Notes: generated by a model from the letters alone, not told the origin. A stretch of 64,000 nucleotides of DNA from an uncultured Candidatus Saccharibacteria bacterium (GCA_964348785.1 CAYGDO010000003.1:57631-121630), one strand, 5' to 3'; positions 9,908 to 18,869 are shown, counted from the first letter of the stretch. Translations and numbers: made by a program.

Positions 9908-10468
9908 TTAAATTGAATACCAAGAGCTTCTCCAACCTTTAAGCATATCTATTCCGCCTGACAAAAAAGCTTCTACCCCATCGGCATTATCTAAAACCTC
10001 AACTCTAGATGTTTTCGTTCTCGCTGATTTTGTCATAACAATCCCATTTTCATGATGAGAAATGAGTGCATTTAAAAATCTCAAATCAAAATTTTTATCA
10101 TAGTTACCCAAATTTGAGACTTTTGGGTCAATAACCTTTTTAGAATCTTTATACCAAGCTTTTTTCCATTGATATAATTCTTCAATAGCTCCCGGTTCAG
10201 CTTTTAAAATATCTTCAGCTAAATTTTTTATTTCTAATCTCTCACTTTTTGTGGCTTGTTCCGCTAAAAGCATCGCCCCTCTATGATGAGCAATCATTGA
10301 ATTTACATACCTTAAATCTAACCATTTATCTGCCCCACCCAAATCCATATCAACCTTGTCATACATAGAGAGTTGATATTGAGGAGTTAGATAATAACCA
10401 ACAGCCATACCCACAACAAGAGCAATAACCATCAAAGAACCTGCTAAATAAATTGAAATTTTTGTCAT
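9908..10468 (-). CDS. DUF305-family protein, common in copper-resistance clusters
   Basis: Duplicated motif MIAHHRGAM / ISHHENGIVM and an N-terminal TM anchor. Confidence 0.6.
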   Translation of the reverse strand: MTKISIYLAGSLMVIALVVGMAVGYYLTPQYQLSMYDKVDMDLGGADKWLDLRYVNSMIAHHRGAMLLAEQATKSERLEIKNLAEDILKAEPGAIEELYQWKKAWYKDSKKVIDPKVSNLGNYDKNFDLRFLNALISHHENGIVMTKSARTKTSRVEVLDNADGVEAFLSGGIDMLKGWRSSWYSI

Positions 10469-10471
10469 AAA

Positions 10472-10735
10472 TTATTTTCTTTTTAACCTATAAACTTTTA
10501 AAATCTCGCCAACAGCTTTCTTCTCTTGCCCCTTTTTTATTTGGTGAATAACACAACTACCAAGATGATCCTCCATAAGAGCATCCTCAATGCCAGAAAG
10601 CGCCTGTTTTACAGCAGAAGTCTGAGTAATAATATCAATACAATATTTTTCCTCTTCAAGCATCTTCTCTAACCCTCTAATTTGTCCCTCAATAATTTTT
10701 AATCTTTTTGCCAACTTGTGTTTTTGTTTATCCAT
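10472..10735 (-). CDS. csoR: CsoR/RcnR-family metal-sensing transcriptional repressor
   Basis: MDKQKHKLAKRLKIIEGQIRGLEKM…C…H…C is the CsoR W-X-Y-Z pattern. The ORF-track start at 10774 is probably an over-extension; the Met at 10735 fits the family length. Confidence 0.7.
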   Translation of the reverse strand: MDKQKHKLAKRLKIIEGQIRGLEKMLEEEKYCIDIITQTSAVKQALSGIEDALMEDHLGSCVIHQIKKGQEKKAVGEILKVYRLKRK

Positions 10736-10746
10736 ATATAAACATA

Positions 10747-10767
10747 GTATACCCCCTAGGGGTATAC
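10747..10767. promoter_or_regulatory. Candidate CsoR operator: perfect palindrome GTATACCCC-cta-GGGGTATAC, 12 nt upstream of csoR
   Basis: Seen directly in the sequence; CsoR operators are GC-tract pseudo-palindromes of the TACCC…GGGTA type. Confidence 0.55.
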
Positions 10768-10796
10768 TAGTCAAATACTCTAACTGTGAAAAACTA

Positions 10797-11906
10797 TTAC
10801 GCTAATCGTTTATACAAAAATGGATCTAATCTTTTTATTTCTAAAGCCCAAGCCCTAGCAAGATCAAACTCATCTTTAAAATGATCCTTAGAAAATCTGA
10901 AATTGGCAATCCTATAAGCAACTTTATCTTCTCTGGTATCTACAGACTGATCATTCAAATCACGGCATTTCTTTGCTGGCGAATTTTTAGATTCACCATA
11001 AGTGTCAGAAACATAAGCATCAATGGCAGTTTTAGGAAAACCAAAACGTATCCCTTCGACTCTAACAATTAAAGAATTAATGGCGGACACTTCTTCCTCT
11101 GAAAAACCAAGATTAGTGTTAATGATCGAACATTTATCAGGCAAAACCTCCCTTTCAGCTTCTTTATGCTTAGTGTCAAAAACATCACACAACAATGCAC
11201 CTCCAAGTCTAGGATCTTGAGAATAACTAACATCCAAACCAAATTTTCTCAAACTAGGCCTTAAATTTTCGATAAGATCTACATATTTATCTTCTACCGC
11301 CAAAGTTGCCTCACGCTTATACCCTTTTAAAAGAAGAAGGAGTTCTTTTAATTCATTGTCTTGCACAGGAAAACTATTAACAAGTTCCACAAAATCATTT
11401 TCTTCCTCCGTCAATGGTTCAAAATCTTCAGAATTTGCAACATCCTTGCCGTGGCCACCCAAAAAAGATCTTGCGTTAGCAATCTGTTCTTTTAACCGCA
11501 CTTTCATATTGTCTATTTTTCTTTTTAAAAAATAATTATGAAAAACAACATAATCGATTGTCTTGATTTTTTCAATTTGTTCTCTCTTTCTATTCAAAGC
11601 TGCCACCAATCGAGTTCTGACATTGGGGACATTATCAAAATCCGAACGGTCTACAGATTGAAGTGACTGAATCCCCTCTTTGCTCCTATCATTTTTTACT
11701 TCAATGTTCTTTGTTTCAAGCTCAACAGAATGGCCGATATTCAACTCCCTTCTTACGGCTTCAATGGATCGCTCATCTGATTGACCACCTGCAGGTTCAC
11801 GCAAAAGACAAAAGTCCTTCTTTTCAATTATTTCACCATCTATAGTTCCCCCTTCTAAACGATTTTCTCTATTTCCCTGGTTTGAATTATCTGATTTTTC
11901 TTTCAT
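10797..11906 (-). CDS. Hypothetical protein, 369 aa, no recognisable domain
   Basis: Long ORF with conserved codon bias and no TM segment; acidic/basic, mixed alpha content. Confidence 0.4.
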   Translation of the reverse strand: MKEKSDNSNQGNRENRLEGGTIDGEIIEKKDFCLLREPAGGQSDERSIEAVRRELNIGHSVELETKNIEVKNDRSKEGIQSLQSVDRSDFDNVPNVRTRLVAALNRKREQIEKIKTIDYVVFHNYFLKRKIDNMKVRLKEQIANARSFLGGHGKDVANSEDFEPLTEEENDFVELVNSFPVQDNELKELLLLLKGYKREATLAVEDKYVDLIENLRPSLRKFGLDVSYSQDPRLGGALLCDVFDTKHKEAEREVLPDKCSIINTNLGFSEEEVSAINSLIVRVEGIRFGFPKTAIDAYVSDTYGESKNSPAKKCRDLNDQSVDTREDKVAYRIANFRFSKDHFKDEFDLARAWALEIKRLDPFLYKRLA

Positions 11907-11926
11907 AGCCTTACTTATTAAAAAGC

Positions 11927-12853
11927 CTACAAACTATTCAACTTAGAAACATTTAACAATTTAAATGATTTCAATAAGAAATATCCGATAATCACAAAAG
12001 TTACAACCGGAGATAGCCAAACTGGGACATTAATGCCGAACGAGTCGCTAATCATAATCAAACCTAAAAATAAAATTGAGTACATGGCCGCATTTTTTAA
12101 AAATACAAACCTCTTCACCCTTTCAATATTACTAACTGTAAGCTGTCTTACAACAACTGCCCCAATACCATTCCCTATTAAAATAAGAGGGACAGAAAGA
12201 GTAAAAGCAAAAGCTCCTAAAACTCCATCGATTGAAAAGCAGGCGTCAATTGCTTCAAGATACAAAATCTTTGACCAATCTGATATGCCCGTTTTACCAG
12301 CCAACATGGCTCGTTCGGCTGATTCAGCGTTTTCTTTAAAACCATGGACCATAAAAAATCCTGTTGACCCAACTACAGCGCCGAGAGCCATTACTGGATC
12401 AACTTTTATACAAATCCAAACAACCAAAGTTAAAAATAGAGACGCAATGGTATAAAACCAAAGTCCGTGTCTATGAATAAATTTTTCTCCAACTAAACCA
12501 TAAGTTTTTTCTTCCAAAAATAACCAGTGTAAAAACAAAAACACCAAAAATATACCAGCACCAACAAGAAGGGGTGGGGCGGAAGTCTCTATCAAATGGG
12601 CTATCTCGGGGCTTGATCCTAATGTAGCAACCAAGGCTTGCCACATAGTTAAATCTTTACTTGTAAGCCAAATAATAGCCCAAGGAAGAAGGCCTCTTAC
12701 CAAAAATACAGCGAAAAGAATTCCCCAAAACAAAAACCACCTCCTCGCCTTTTCACCCATTTTAGAAAGAACTTCGGCGTTAATAACTGCGTTATCAACA
12801 CTGTTTATTACCTCAAAAACTACGAGCCCTAAAATTGTAAGAATTATCGCCAC
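11927..12853 (-). CDS. TerC/DUF475-family integral membrane protein
   Basis: N-terminal …VINSVDNAVINAEVL (the SVDNA motif of the TerC/Alx family) and 7-8 TM helices. Confidence 0.55.
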   Translation of the reverse strand: MAIILTILGLVVFEVINSVDNAVINAEVLSKMGEKARRWFLFWGILFAVFLVRGLLPWAIIWLTSKDLTMWQALVATLGSSPEIAHLIETSAPPLLVGAGIFLVFLFLHWLFLEEKTYGLVGEKFIHRHGLWFYTIASLFLTLVVWICIKVDPVMALGAVVGSTGFFMVHGFKENAESAERAMLAGKTGISDWSKILYLEAIDACFSIDGVLGAFAFTLSVPLILIGNGIGAVVVRQLTVSNIERVKRFVFLKNAAMYSILFLGLIMISDSFGINVPVWLSPVVTFVIIGYFLLKSFKLLNVSKLNSL

Positions 12854-12924
12854 GAATGTATTTTAAATCACTAAAGCCTTTTTAACCATATCTAAAAAAC
12901 CATTTTCAATAAAAAGCCGGCTCA

Positions 12925-13317
12925 TCACAGACAAACCGGCTTAACACTCAAATCATAAACCTCTAAAAAATCTCGAACTGGAGTTACAACAACCTGACCA
13001 AATAGACGAGAACAATGAACAAGTTCACTGTCTGAAAAAATTATTGCCACATGCGTCCAACTTCTAGGTAAAGCGCTTTTTCTTTTTTTGAAAAAAACAC
13101 TATGACCAATCGGCATTTCATAAAAATCTTCCAGTGTTAAATGAAAGTATTCTGGAGGAAATAATCTTTTATTTAATAAGGGAAAATCAATCAAAACATC
13201 TCGATAGACCCGCCTTACAAAATGAACACAGTTAAATACGTCAAAATCATAATGCCTACCTAAATAGGATGATGCGGAGGTAATTATATCCCCCGCCAGA
13301 GTTTTAGAGACAAACAT
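12925..13317 (-). CDS. NlpC/P60-like (C40) cysteine peptidase domain protein
   Basis: Putative catalytic Cys/His in FDVFNCVHFVRRVY, GHSVFF and THVAII, in the order C then H then H. No signal peptide. Confidence 0.4.
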   Translation of the reverse strand: MFVSKTLAGDIITSASSYLGRHYDFDVFNCVHFVRRVYRDVLIDFPLLNKRLFPPEYFHLTLEDFYEMPIGHSVFFKKRKSALPRSWTHVAIIFSDSELVHCSRLFGQVVVTPVRDFLEVYDLSVKPVCL

Positions 13318-13502
13318 AAAGAACTCCTTTCTTTTTAAAAAGTCTTTAAAATTTATACAAAACTAGACCAAGTTGAAATTTTTTTATTCAAAATCATTGG
13401 AGTGCCTTAGTAAAGGATAGTAAAACTATATTTAAGCAAATTAATGATGCAACTATACATATTCCTACATATTATTCTTTTGTTGAATATAACAAGCTTC
13501 CA

Positions 13503-13880
13503 CTAGCCACCACTAAGCGTTAATAGAATAATAAAAAGAATAAATATGAAAAAAAATGGAATATAACATAATACAAGTATTCGGCTCTTTCGAACCAAGC
13601 CGTCTTGAGGAAAAAACTTAAAATTATGTTTATTGATAAAACTAGATATTACAGCCAAAATAAAAGATAGAATAATAGAAAAATAAATAAATTGCATAAA
13701 AAATTCATTTATCCTTATATAATGCAGATCCTTCCTTAGGGCCTGAGCCTCCTCGGAACTTGTCACAGTAAATGATAAATTAAAATGCATTATGTACAAC
13801 CAAGCAGATATTACCGCCAAACTTACAATCATTAATAAAATTGACAAAAAATATCCTACGTAAATTTTTTTTGTATGCAT
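13503..13880 (-). CDS. Small membrane protein (hypothetical)
   Basis: 125 aa with 3-4 TM helices. Confidence 0.3.
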   Translation of the reverse strand: MHTKKIYVGYFLSILLMIVSLAVISAWLYIMHFNLSFTVTSSEEAQALRKDLHYIRINEFFMQFIYFSIILSFILAVISSFINKHNFKFFPQDGLVRKSRILVLCYIPFFFIFILFIILLTLSGG

Positions 13881-14025
13881 ATTATATAGATAGTTAATTT
13901 ACACCTCAAAAAATAAAGTTATGTAATATTATTTCTTCCTTATAAAGCAATTACTCCAACGGTTCTTGTTTCCATGGTCTAAATTTTATCATAATCGAGA
14001 AAAGAAATCGTTGAGTACGAGAAAT

Positions 14026-14101
14026 TGGGGTGCCTATCGAGATTCGAACTCGAACTAAGGGATCCACAGACCCTTGTGCTAACCGTTACACTATAGGCAC
14101 C
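14026..14101 (-). tRNA. tRNA-His (GTG) with encoded G-1 and CCA
   Basis: Hand-folded: G-1 pairs with C73; acceptor GTGCCTA/TAGGCAC; D-stem GTGT/GCAC; anticodon loop CTGTGGA; T-arm TCGAG-TTCGAAT-CTCGA; CCA encoded. Confidence 0.8.
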
Positions 14102-14107
14102 ATCACC

Positions 14108-14659
14108 CTACTTATAACTAGGGGCAGACTCTTTTATACCAGATTTATGACTCGTTAGTCTAGAGAGAGCATAAAGTAGAGATGACATTCGATTTAAAAA
14201 AGCCAGAGTGTTTGGGCTAATTTTTCTCAAACCTTCTTCATTCACATGGACAACCCTCCTTTCAGCTCGCCTTGTCGTAGTCCTTGCGACATCTAAAAAT
14301 GCTCCTAATTTGTTTTCTCCAGAAATAAAAAAAGTTTTTATTGGGGGCAACTCCTTTTCAACAGAATCGATAATGAGCTCCGCTTCTTTTACTCTCTCTT
14401 CAGTAACACTTTTTTCGGCACCAGCCACTTCAGCTTGAACAATAAAAAAACCTTCTTGCGACCAAAACAAAATATCTTCAAATTTTTTTCCGATAATTTC
14501 CAAATTTAATCCTTTAGCTTCAGCGCGCGCCAAACCAATAAAAGAATTGGCCTCATCAAGAGAGCCGAGCGCTTCAGCTATATTTGAACTTTTGCTAACA
14601 CGCTGATCGCAACCAAAAGTTTTTGTTGTTCCACTATCTCCTTTTCGTGTGTAGAGCAT
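14108..14659 (-). CDS. pduO: ATP:cob(I)alamin adenosyltransferase, PduO-type
   Basis: N-terminal MLYTRKGDSGTT, the Cob_adeno_trans signature (YTKTGDKGET-like). Confidence 0.65.
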   Translation of the reverse strand: MLYTRKGDSGTTKTFGCDQRVSKSSNIAEALGSLDEANSFIGLARAEAKGLNLEIIGKKFEDILFWSQEGFFIVQAEVAGAEKSVTEERVKEAELIIDSVEKELPPIKTFFISGENKLGAFLDVARTTTRRAERRVVHVNEEGLRKISPNTLAFLNRMSSLLYALSRLTSHKSGIKESAPSYK

Positions 14660-14687
14660 AACCAATATTTTAACATTTATTTTTTAC

Positions 14688-14712
14688 TGTGCGCGGGACA
14701 GGAATCTTGAAA
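14688..14712 (-). repeat. Direct repeat of the last ~15 nt of tRNA-Leu (CCTGTCCCGCGCAC), 260 bp downstream of the tRNA. Att-site-like, or a tRNA 3' fragment.
   Basis: gtgcgcgggacagga occurs at 14689-14705 and 14967-14983. The copy lacks a T-stem and CCA. Confidence 0.6.
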
Positions 14713-14964
14713 CTTACAGTTTCTGTACACCTTTTCTGTTTTATACTCGTGAAGACACTCCATAAAACTATCCAAGGTCTGCAAGTCCTCACTCGAAGAC
14801 TCGTGGCCCGTGCTCGTTCGATGACTCACTGTGGTCAGGAATAATGTTTGAGCCGTCGCTCAAACATTTTCACGACCCTGGCTCAGCTGTTTTTTTTGTT
14901 AAAAAAACATGCCTCCGCCTCGCATCAGTATCGAAAAATCTAAAGCAGTTTAAATTTTTCTATC

Positions 14965-15051
14965 TGGTGCGCGGGACAGGACTTGCACCTGCACGCCCGT
15001 AAGGGCGCTACCACCTCAAGGTAGTGGGTCTGCTAATTCCCCCACCCGCGC
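14965..15051 (-). tRNA. tRNA-Leu (GAG), type II with a long variable arm, CCA encoded
   Basis: Hand-folded: acceptor GCGCGGG/CCCGCGC; 3-bp D-stem with an 11-nt loop; anticodon arm CTACC-TTGAGGT-GGTAG; variable arm CGCCC-TTAC-GGGCG; T-arm GCAGG-TGCAAGT-CCTGT. Confidence 0.75.
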
Positions 15052-15052
15052 A

Positions 15053-15745
15053 TCATCTCACAAAAACCCTGCCTTTGTGCTTGCTTACTATATCTAAACT
15101 TTTCTTTATTTTCAAATATTTTCTTTTTAATCTGACACTACCCTTTTTTTTATACATTAAATGTGCAAGTTTAATTGCTTCATATTTTGAATACTTTAAC
15201 TGGAAACAAACACTTTTTCTTTTTGCATATGTCACATGGCCCTTAATACCTGATAATCTAAAAATTCTTGAGCGGTACCAATCCACATATTTTTTACTGG
15301 CAGAGGCAAAAGTTATATAAAACATAAAACTTGATTTCCAACGAGAATCCCAATATGAGTATGAACAGCCATCACCATCGAAACACCCTCTAACAAAATC
15401 AAAAAAATACTGTTGAGGAATGCCCAATTTGGCCATAGTTTTTGATTTTGCTTTATACAAACCGATACTATTTAAAAAATAGTAAAAAAACACATCACTA
15501 AATTGAACGACAAAATATTTCTTTTCCTCTTCACCCCCTCTCGCCTTTTTGCCTATCCAGCATTTTAACTTCAAAGCCTTCAGAAAATTTTTTATCTGAT
15601 CAAAATCTTTTGAAGTAAAATTTATATGTCTACCATCTGGCGACAAGTTACCATCAGTAGCGATAAGACCGATTGCATAGGCAAAATCCGCTGACCACTT
15701 TATTTTAACTTTTCCTTTTGGTTTTGGACCTCTCTTCCCCACCAT
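15053..15745 (-). CDS. LAGLIDADG-family homing endonuclease (double-motif, single-chain)
   Basis: Two LAGLIDADG motifs: AIGLIATDGNL and FVRGCFDGDGC. The ORF stops 1 nt before the tRNA-Leu 5' end. Confidence 0.8.
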   Translation of the reverse strand: MVGKRGPKPKGKVKIKWSADFAYAIGLIATDGNLSPDGRHINFTSKDFDQIKNFLKALKLKCWIGKKARGGEEEKKYFVVQFSDVFFYYFLNSIGLYKAKSKTMAKLGIPQQYFFDFVRGCFDGDGCSYSYWDSRWKSSFMFYITFASASKKYVDWYRSRIFRLSGIKGHVTYAKRKSVCFQLKYSKYEAIKLAHLMYKKKGSVRLKRKYLKIKKSLDIVSKHKGRVFVR

Positions 15746-15805
15746 TAAATATTAACAAATAATACAAAAAAGCTCAAATAAAAAGCGTATACCAATTAAA
15801 TATAA

Positions 15806-15838
15806 ATTAAAATCCCCTGAAAGACTTCAAGGGATTTT
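15806..15838 (-). terminator. Rho-independent terminator downstream of rplS
   Basis: Hairpin aaatcccctgaa-agac-ttcaagggatttt followed by a T-run on the minus strand. Confidence 0.45.
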
Positions 15839-16253
15839 AATTTGCGACTTCTTCTTTTATTTCTTGTGGGGTCTCTTCAACAACAACTTCCTTTACCGAT
15901 CTTAGATTTCTCATCTGCCTCTTAATTTCCTTGTTTGCTTTTTCTCTAATGTGGTAAAGCTTAGCTCTTCTGACCTTCGAACTTTTAACAATTTCAATCT
16001 TATCAATCATTGGGGAATAAAGAGGAAAGATTCTTTCAACACCAATTCCATCAACCACCTTTCTAACAGTAAAAGTAGCGCCCGGTTCTTTACCGTGCTT
16101 ACAAGCTAAAACCAAACCCTCAAAAGCCTGAAGTCTATATTTATCTTTTTCTTTGATTTTCTGCCAAACCTTAACAGTATCACCGGTTCTAACTCCGATT
16201 TTAGCTCTTTTCTCCAAAGAAATTGGTGAAATTGTTATACCTTTTAAATCCAT
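15837..16253 (-). CDS. rplS: 50S ribosomal protein L19
   Basis: Typical bL19 sequence: [29 protein letters not shown]…. Confidence 0.85.
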   Translation of the reverse strand: MDLKGITISPISLEKRAKIGVRTGDTVKVWQKIKEKDKYRLQAFEGLVLACKHGKEPGATFTVRKVVDGIGVERIFPLYSPMIDKIEIVKSSKVRRAKLYHIREKANKEIKRQMRNLRSVKEVVVEETPQEIKEEVAN

Positions 16254-16282
16254 AGTTGGCAGTTAATCTAACATGACACCTT

Positions 16283-17059
16283 TCATTTAGCAAGCGCTTT
16301 TATTGCCTTTTCCATATCTTTAGGCATCACGGCTTCTACTTTAATAGTCTTATTAGATAAATTCTTAAACTCCACAGAAAACGAGTGTAAAGCCGTTCTT
16401 TCCAATCCAAAAAGACAAACTTTATTGGGGGCATATAATTTGTCGCACAAAACAGGATGATTCATAGATTTCATATGAACTCTGATTTGATGAGTTCTAC
16501 CCGTCTTAGGCATTGCTTCGATATACGAAACCCCATTACCCTCACTTAAAACCCAATAAAAAGTGATAGCCTCTCTTTCTTCCCCTCTTTTACCGCGTTG
16601 CGCAGTCCAACGTCTAAAATCACCCTGGCTTCTACCAATCGTCTTATTTATAATACCTTCTTTTTCGGTAAAAGTTCCCCAGACTAAGGCTCGATAAAAC
16701 TTCTTAACTGTTCTTTTTAAAAATTGCTTTTTCAAATATTCAAATCCCTCAGTTGTTTTTGCAATCAAAAGAACACCAGACGTTTCCCTATCCAATCTAT
16801 GGACAATGCCCGGCCTATCAATTGTCGCCGTCCCGAATTCGTCATTCTCAAGCTGAATGGGTTCACCGACGCCTTTTGTGTTCGGGTAATTCTTTAAAAT
16901 CCAATCCACCAATGTCGGCTCATTTGTGCGCCCATCAGAATGCACAATTAAACCTGCAGGTTTATCAATCGCCAAAATATCATTGTCCTCATAAAGTATT
17001 TTAATTTTTTTAAAAATTTCCATATTGATTTCATTTGCCAAATCTCCTATTCCTTTCAT
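16283..17059 (-). CDS. RluA-family pseudouridine synthase
   Basis: Catalytic motif HRLDRETSGVLLIAKT. Confidence 0.8.
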   Translation of the reverse strand: MKGIGDLANEINMEIFKKIKILYEDNDILAIDKPAGLIVHSDGRTNEPTLVDWILKNYPNTKGVGEPIQLENDEFGTATIDRPGIVHRLDRETSGVLLIAKTTEGFEYLKKQFLKRTVKKFYRALVWGTFTEKEGIINKTIGRSQGDFRRWTAQRGKRGEEREAITFYWVLSEGNGVSYIEAMPKTGRTHQIRVHMKSMNHPVLCDKLYAPNKVCLFGLERTALHSFSVEFKNLSNKTIKVEAVMPKDMEKAIKALAK

Positions 17060-17714
17060 TATACTCAGCTATTATCTTTTCAAACTCATCTTTTGAAAAA
17101 TCAGGCCAGTAGGTTTTTGGGAAAAAAAGTTCACTGTAAACACTTTGCCAAGTAAGAAAACCAGAAAGTCTTTGTTCGCCACCCGTTCTGATTATTAAAT
17201 CTGGATCAGGAACATTTTTAGTATCTAACAAAAGAGACATCTCTTTTTCAGCAACTTCCTTACCATTCTCTATCTTTATCTTTGCTATAGCCCTTAATAT
17301 CTCATCTCGTCCTCCATACGAAAGAGCCACTATTAAAGCACACTTTCCTTTAATTTCCGATTTTTGATTTGCTTCATCACAATAAGCCCTTAAATCCTCT
17401 GATAACATATCAAGGTTTCCTATAAACCTAACAGTTCTTTCCTTCCCTAATGCCTCAAAATAGGTTTGAGACGCTTCTCTAAAAATATTCATTAAATACG
17501 AGACTTCTTCTTTTTCTCTTTTCCAGTTTTCAGTAGAAAAGGCGTAAACTATCAAATGAGAAATGTTCAATTCACCCGACCAATTTAATACGTCTTTAAT
17601 TTTTTCATAGCCCGCTTTATGCCCTAGCATTGTGGGCAAATTCCTTTCTTTGGCCCAACGTCTGTTCCCGTCCATTATGATTCCAACAGATAATTTTTTA
17701 TTTTCAGTGTTCAT
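17031..17714 (-). CDS. uppS: Isoprenyl transferase (undecaprenyl diphosphate synthase)
   Basis: GIIMDGNRRWAKERNLP and ERLSGFLTWQSVYSELFF, the UPPS signatures. Confidence 0.85.
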   Translation of the reverse strand: MNTENKKLSVGIIMDGNRRWAKERNLPTMLGHKAGYEKIKDVLNWSGELNISHLIVYAFSTENWKREKEEVSYLMNIFREASQTYFEALGKERTVRFIGNLDMLSEDLRAYCDEANQKSEIKGKCALIVALSYGGRDEILRAIAKIKIENGKEVAEKEMSLLLDTKNVPDPDLIIRTGGEQRLSGFLTWQSVYSELFFPKTYWPDFSKDEFEKIIAEYNERNRRFGK

Positions 17715-17720
17715 TTTAAA

Positions 17721-18017
17721 TTAAATCCTATCCCAAAAACTAGAATACTTAATGTTAAAATTTTTAAACTCTTCATTATTAATATACGGTTCAAAGGTAA
17801 CATTTGTTACTTTTGAAAAAACACTGCCAATTTTTACCTTCTCTATCAATCGTTTCAGATCTTCTTCCTTGCCTCCAGCAACAATTTCAACTGAACCGTC
17901 ATCTTTATTCATTACAAAACCTACAATGCCTATCGCCCTTGCGTTTCGCCTGGTAAAATCTCGAAACAGTACCCCTTGAACTCTTCCGAAGACTTTAATT
18001 TTTATGAATTGAGGCAT
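17721..18017 (-). CDS. acyP: Acylphosphatase
   Basis: VFGRVQGVLFRDFTRRNARAIGIVGFVMNKDDGSVEIVAGG. Confidence 0.8.
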   Translation of the reverse strand: MPQFIKIKVFGRVQGVLFRDFTRRNARAIGIVGFVMNKDDGSVEIVAGGKEEDLKRLIEKVKIGSVFSKVTNVTFEPYINNEEFKNFNIKYSSFWDRI

Positions 18018-18026
18018 GGAAAAAAC

Positions 18027-18551
18027 TTAATTAGAATTTCTGCTTATATATTCTAGGACTTTACCCAAATTTACCTCAACACTAATGCCAGAATCGACAA
18101 CTAACCTCTCTTCATTCCACGGAAAATACTCTCTGCGACAATTTTCAACATCAACCCAAGTTACCTCCTGAATTCCATGAATGTTGCGAACACGTGATTC
18201 AATTCTTTTTTTATGTATTATGTGATTTAATACACACTCAATAATAATCAACTCAGCATTATTTTTTTTGGACAAATTACGCCACATCTCTCTCGGCTCT
18301 TTCACTGAATTGACTGCATCAATAATTACGGAAGTGCCAAGTTTTAGATGTTCGGTCGCAAGCATCTCTGAAACAAGATACGCCGCTAAACCAGTTTCAA
18401 AACTTTTCACAATGCCACTTCTTATGATTGATGATTCAATTGGATCGACTGAAAATATTGGCAAACTCATTTTTTTTGCCACAGCCTCAGAAAGGGTACT
18501 TTTACCAGACCCGGGAAGACCCGAAAATATAATTAGACTTAATTTATCCAT
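18027..18551 (-). CDS. P-loop NTPase/kinase (AAA-ATPase-like or zeta-toxin/gluconokinase-like fold)
   Basis: MDKLSLIIFSGLPGSGKSTL Walker A. The ORF-track 5' extension is a read-through across tRNA-Val, so the true start is the Met at 18551. Confidence 0.5.
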   Translation of the reverse strand: MDKLSLIIFSGLPGSGKSTLSEAVAKKMSLPIFSVDPIESSIIRSGIVKSFETGLAAYLVSEMLATEHLKLGTSVIIDAVNSVKEPREMWRNLSKKNNAELIIIECVLNHIIHKKRIESRVRNIHGIQEVTWVDVENCRREYFPWNEERLVVDSGISVEVNLGKVLEYISRNSN

Positions 18552-18559
18552 TTTTTTAA

Positions 18560-18635
18560 TGGTGCGCGATGCAGGACTCGAACCTGCGACCCTCTCAGTG
18601 TAAATGAGATGCTCTACCAACTGAGCTAATCGCGC
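18560..18635 (-). tRNA. tRNA-Val (TAC), CCA encoded
   Basis: Acceptor GCGCGAT/ATCGCGC; D-arm GCTCAGTTGGTAGAGC; anticodon arm TCTCA-TTTACAC-TGAGA; T-arm GCAGG-TTCGAGT-CCTGC. Confidence 0.8.
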
Positions 18636-18869
18636 ATTTTGTGATATTCGGAGGGAATCTCCTTCAGTGTTTCGAGGGAATCTCCCGCGACTAAATTTTT
18701 GCCGTCGCAAAAATTTGTCTGGGCACCATTACATTCGCACTTCTGTGCTCAGTACTTCCTCATTCCCATTCGGTCGCTCGCGAACTCGATAAGGAAAGTC
18801 CTTTCGATTCCCACACGGAGCCAAGCAGTTGGCTCCTCGAGGGAACACTCGTTCGTGTCCTCACTCGTG
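18636..18869. repeat. Structured spacer between tRNA-Val and tRNA-Arg carrying repeated tRNA T-arm-like segments (cgGAGGGAATCtcc twice), one partial copy, and an 8-bp hairpin GGAGCCAA-gcag-TTGGCTCC
   Basis: Seen in sequence. The repeats resemble the T-arm of the neighbouring tRNA-Arg (ctcggagggaatcgaaccc). Confidence 0.4.

Noticed and set aside
14688-14712. Second copy of the tRNA-Leu 3' end as an independent tRNA gene
   Set aside because: The upstream sequence cannot form a T-stem, an anticodon arm or a D arm, and there is no CCA. It is kept as a repeat or att-like remnant only.
18552-18710. 5' extension of the P-loop NTPase ORF (MRRQKFSRGRFPRN…ARLAQLVEHLIYTERVAGSSPA)
   Set aside because: This stretch is the translation of tRNA-Val(TAC) on the same strand. 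The true start is the Met at 18551.
18760-18800. RNase P RNA on the basis of an AAGGAAAGTCC word (P4-like)
   Set aside because: The available spacer is only 234 nt. The downstream sequence does not continue with the conserved GGGCUCC, and no matching P4 3' strand (ACAGAAACCCGGCUUA) is present.
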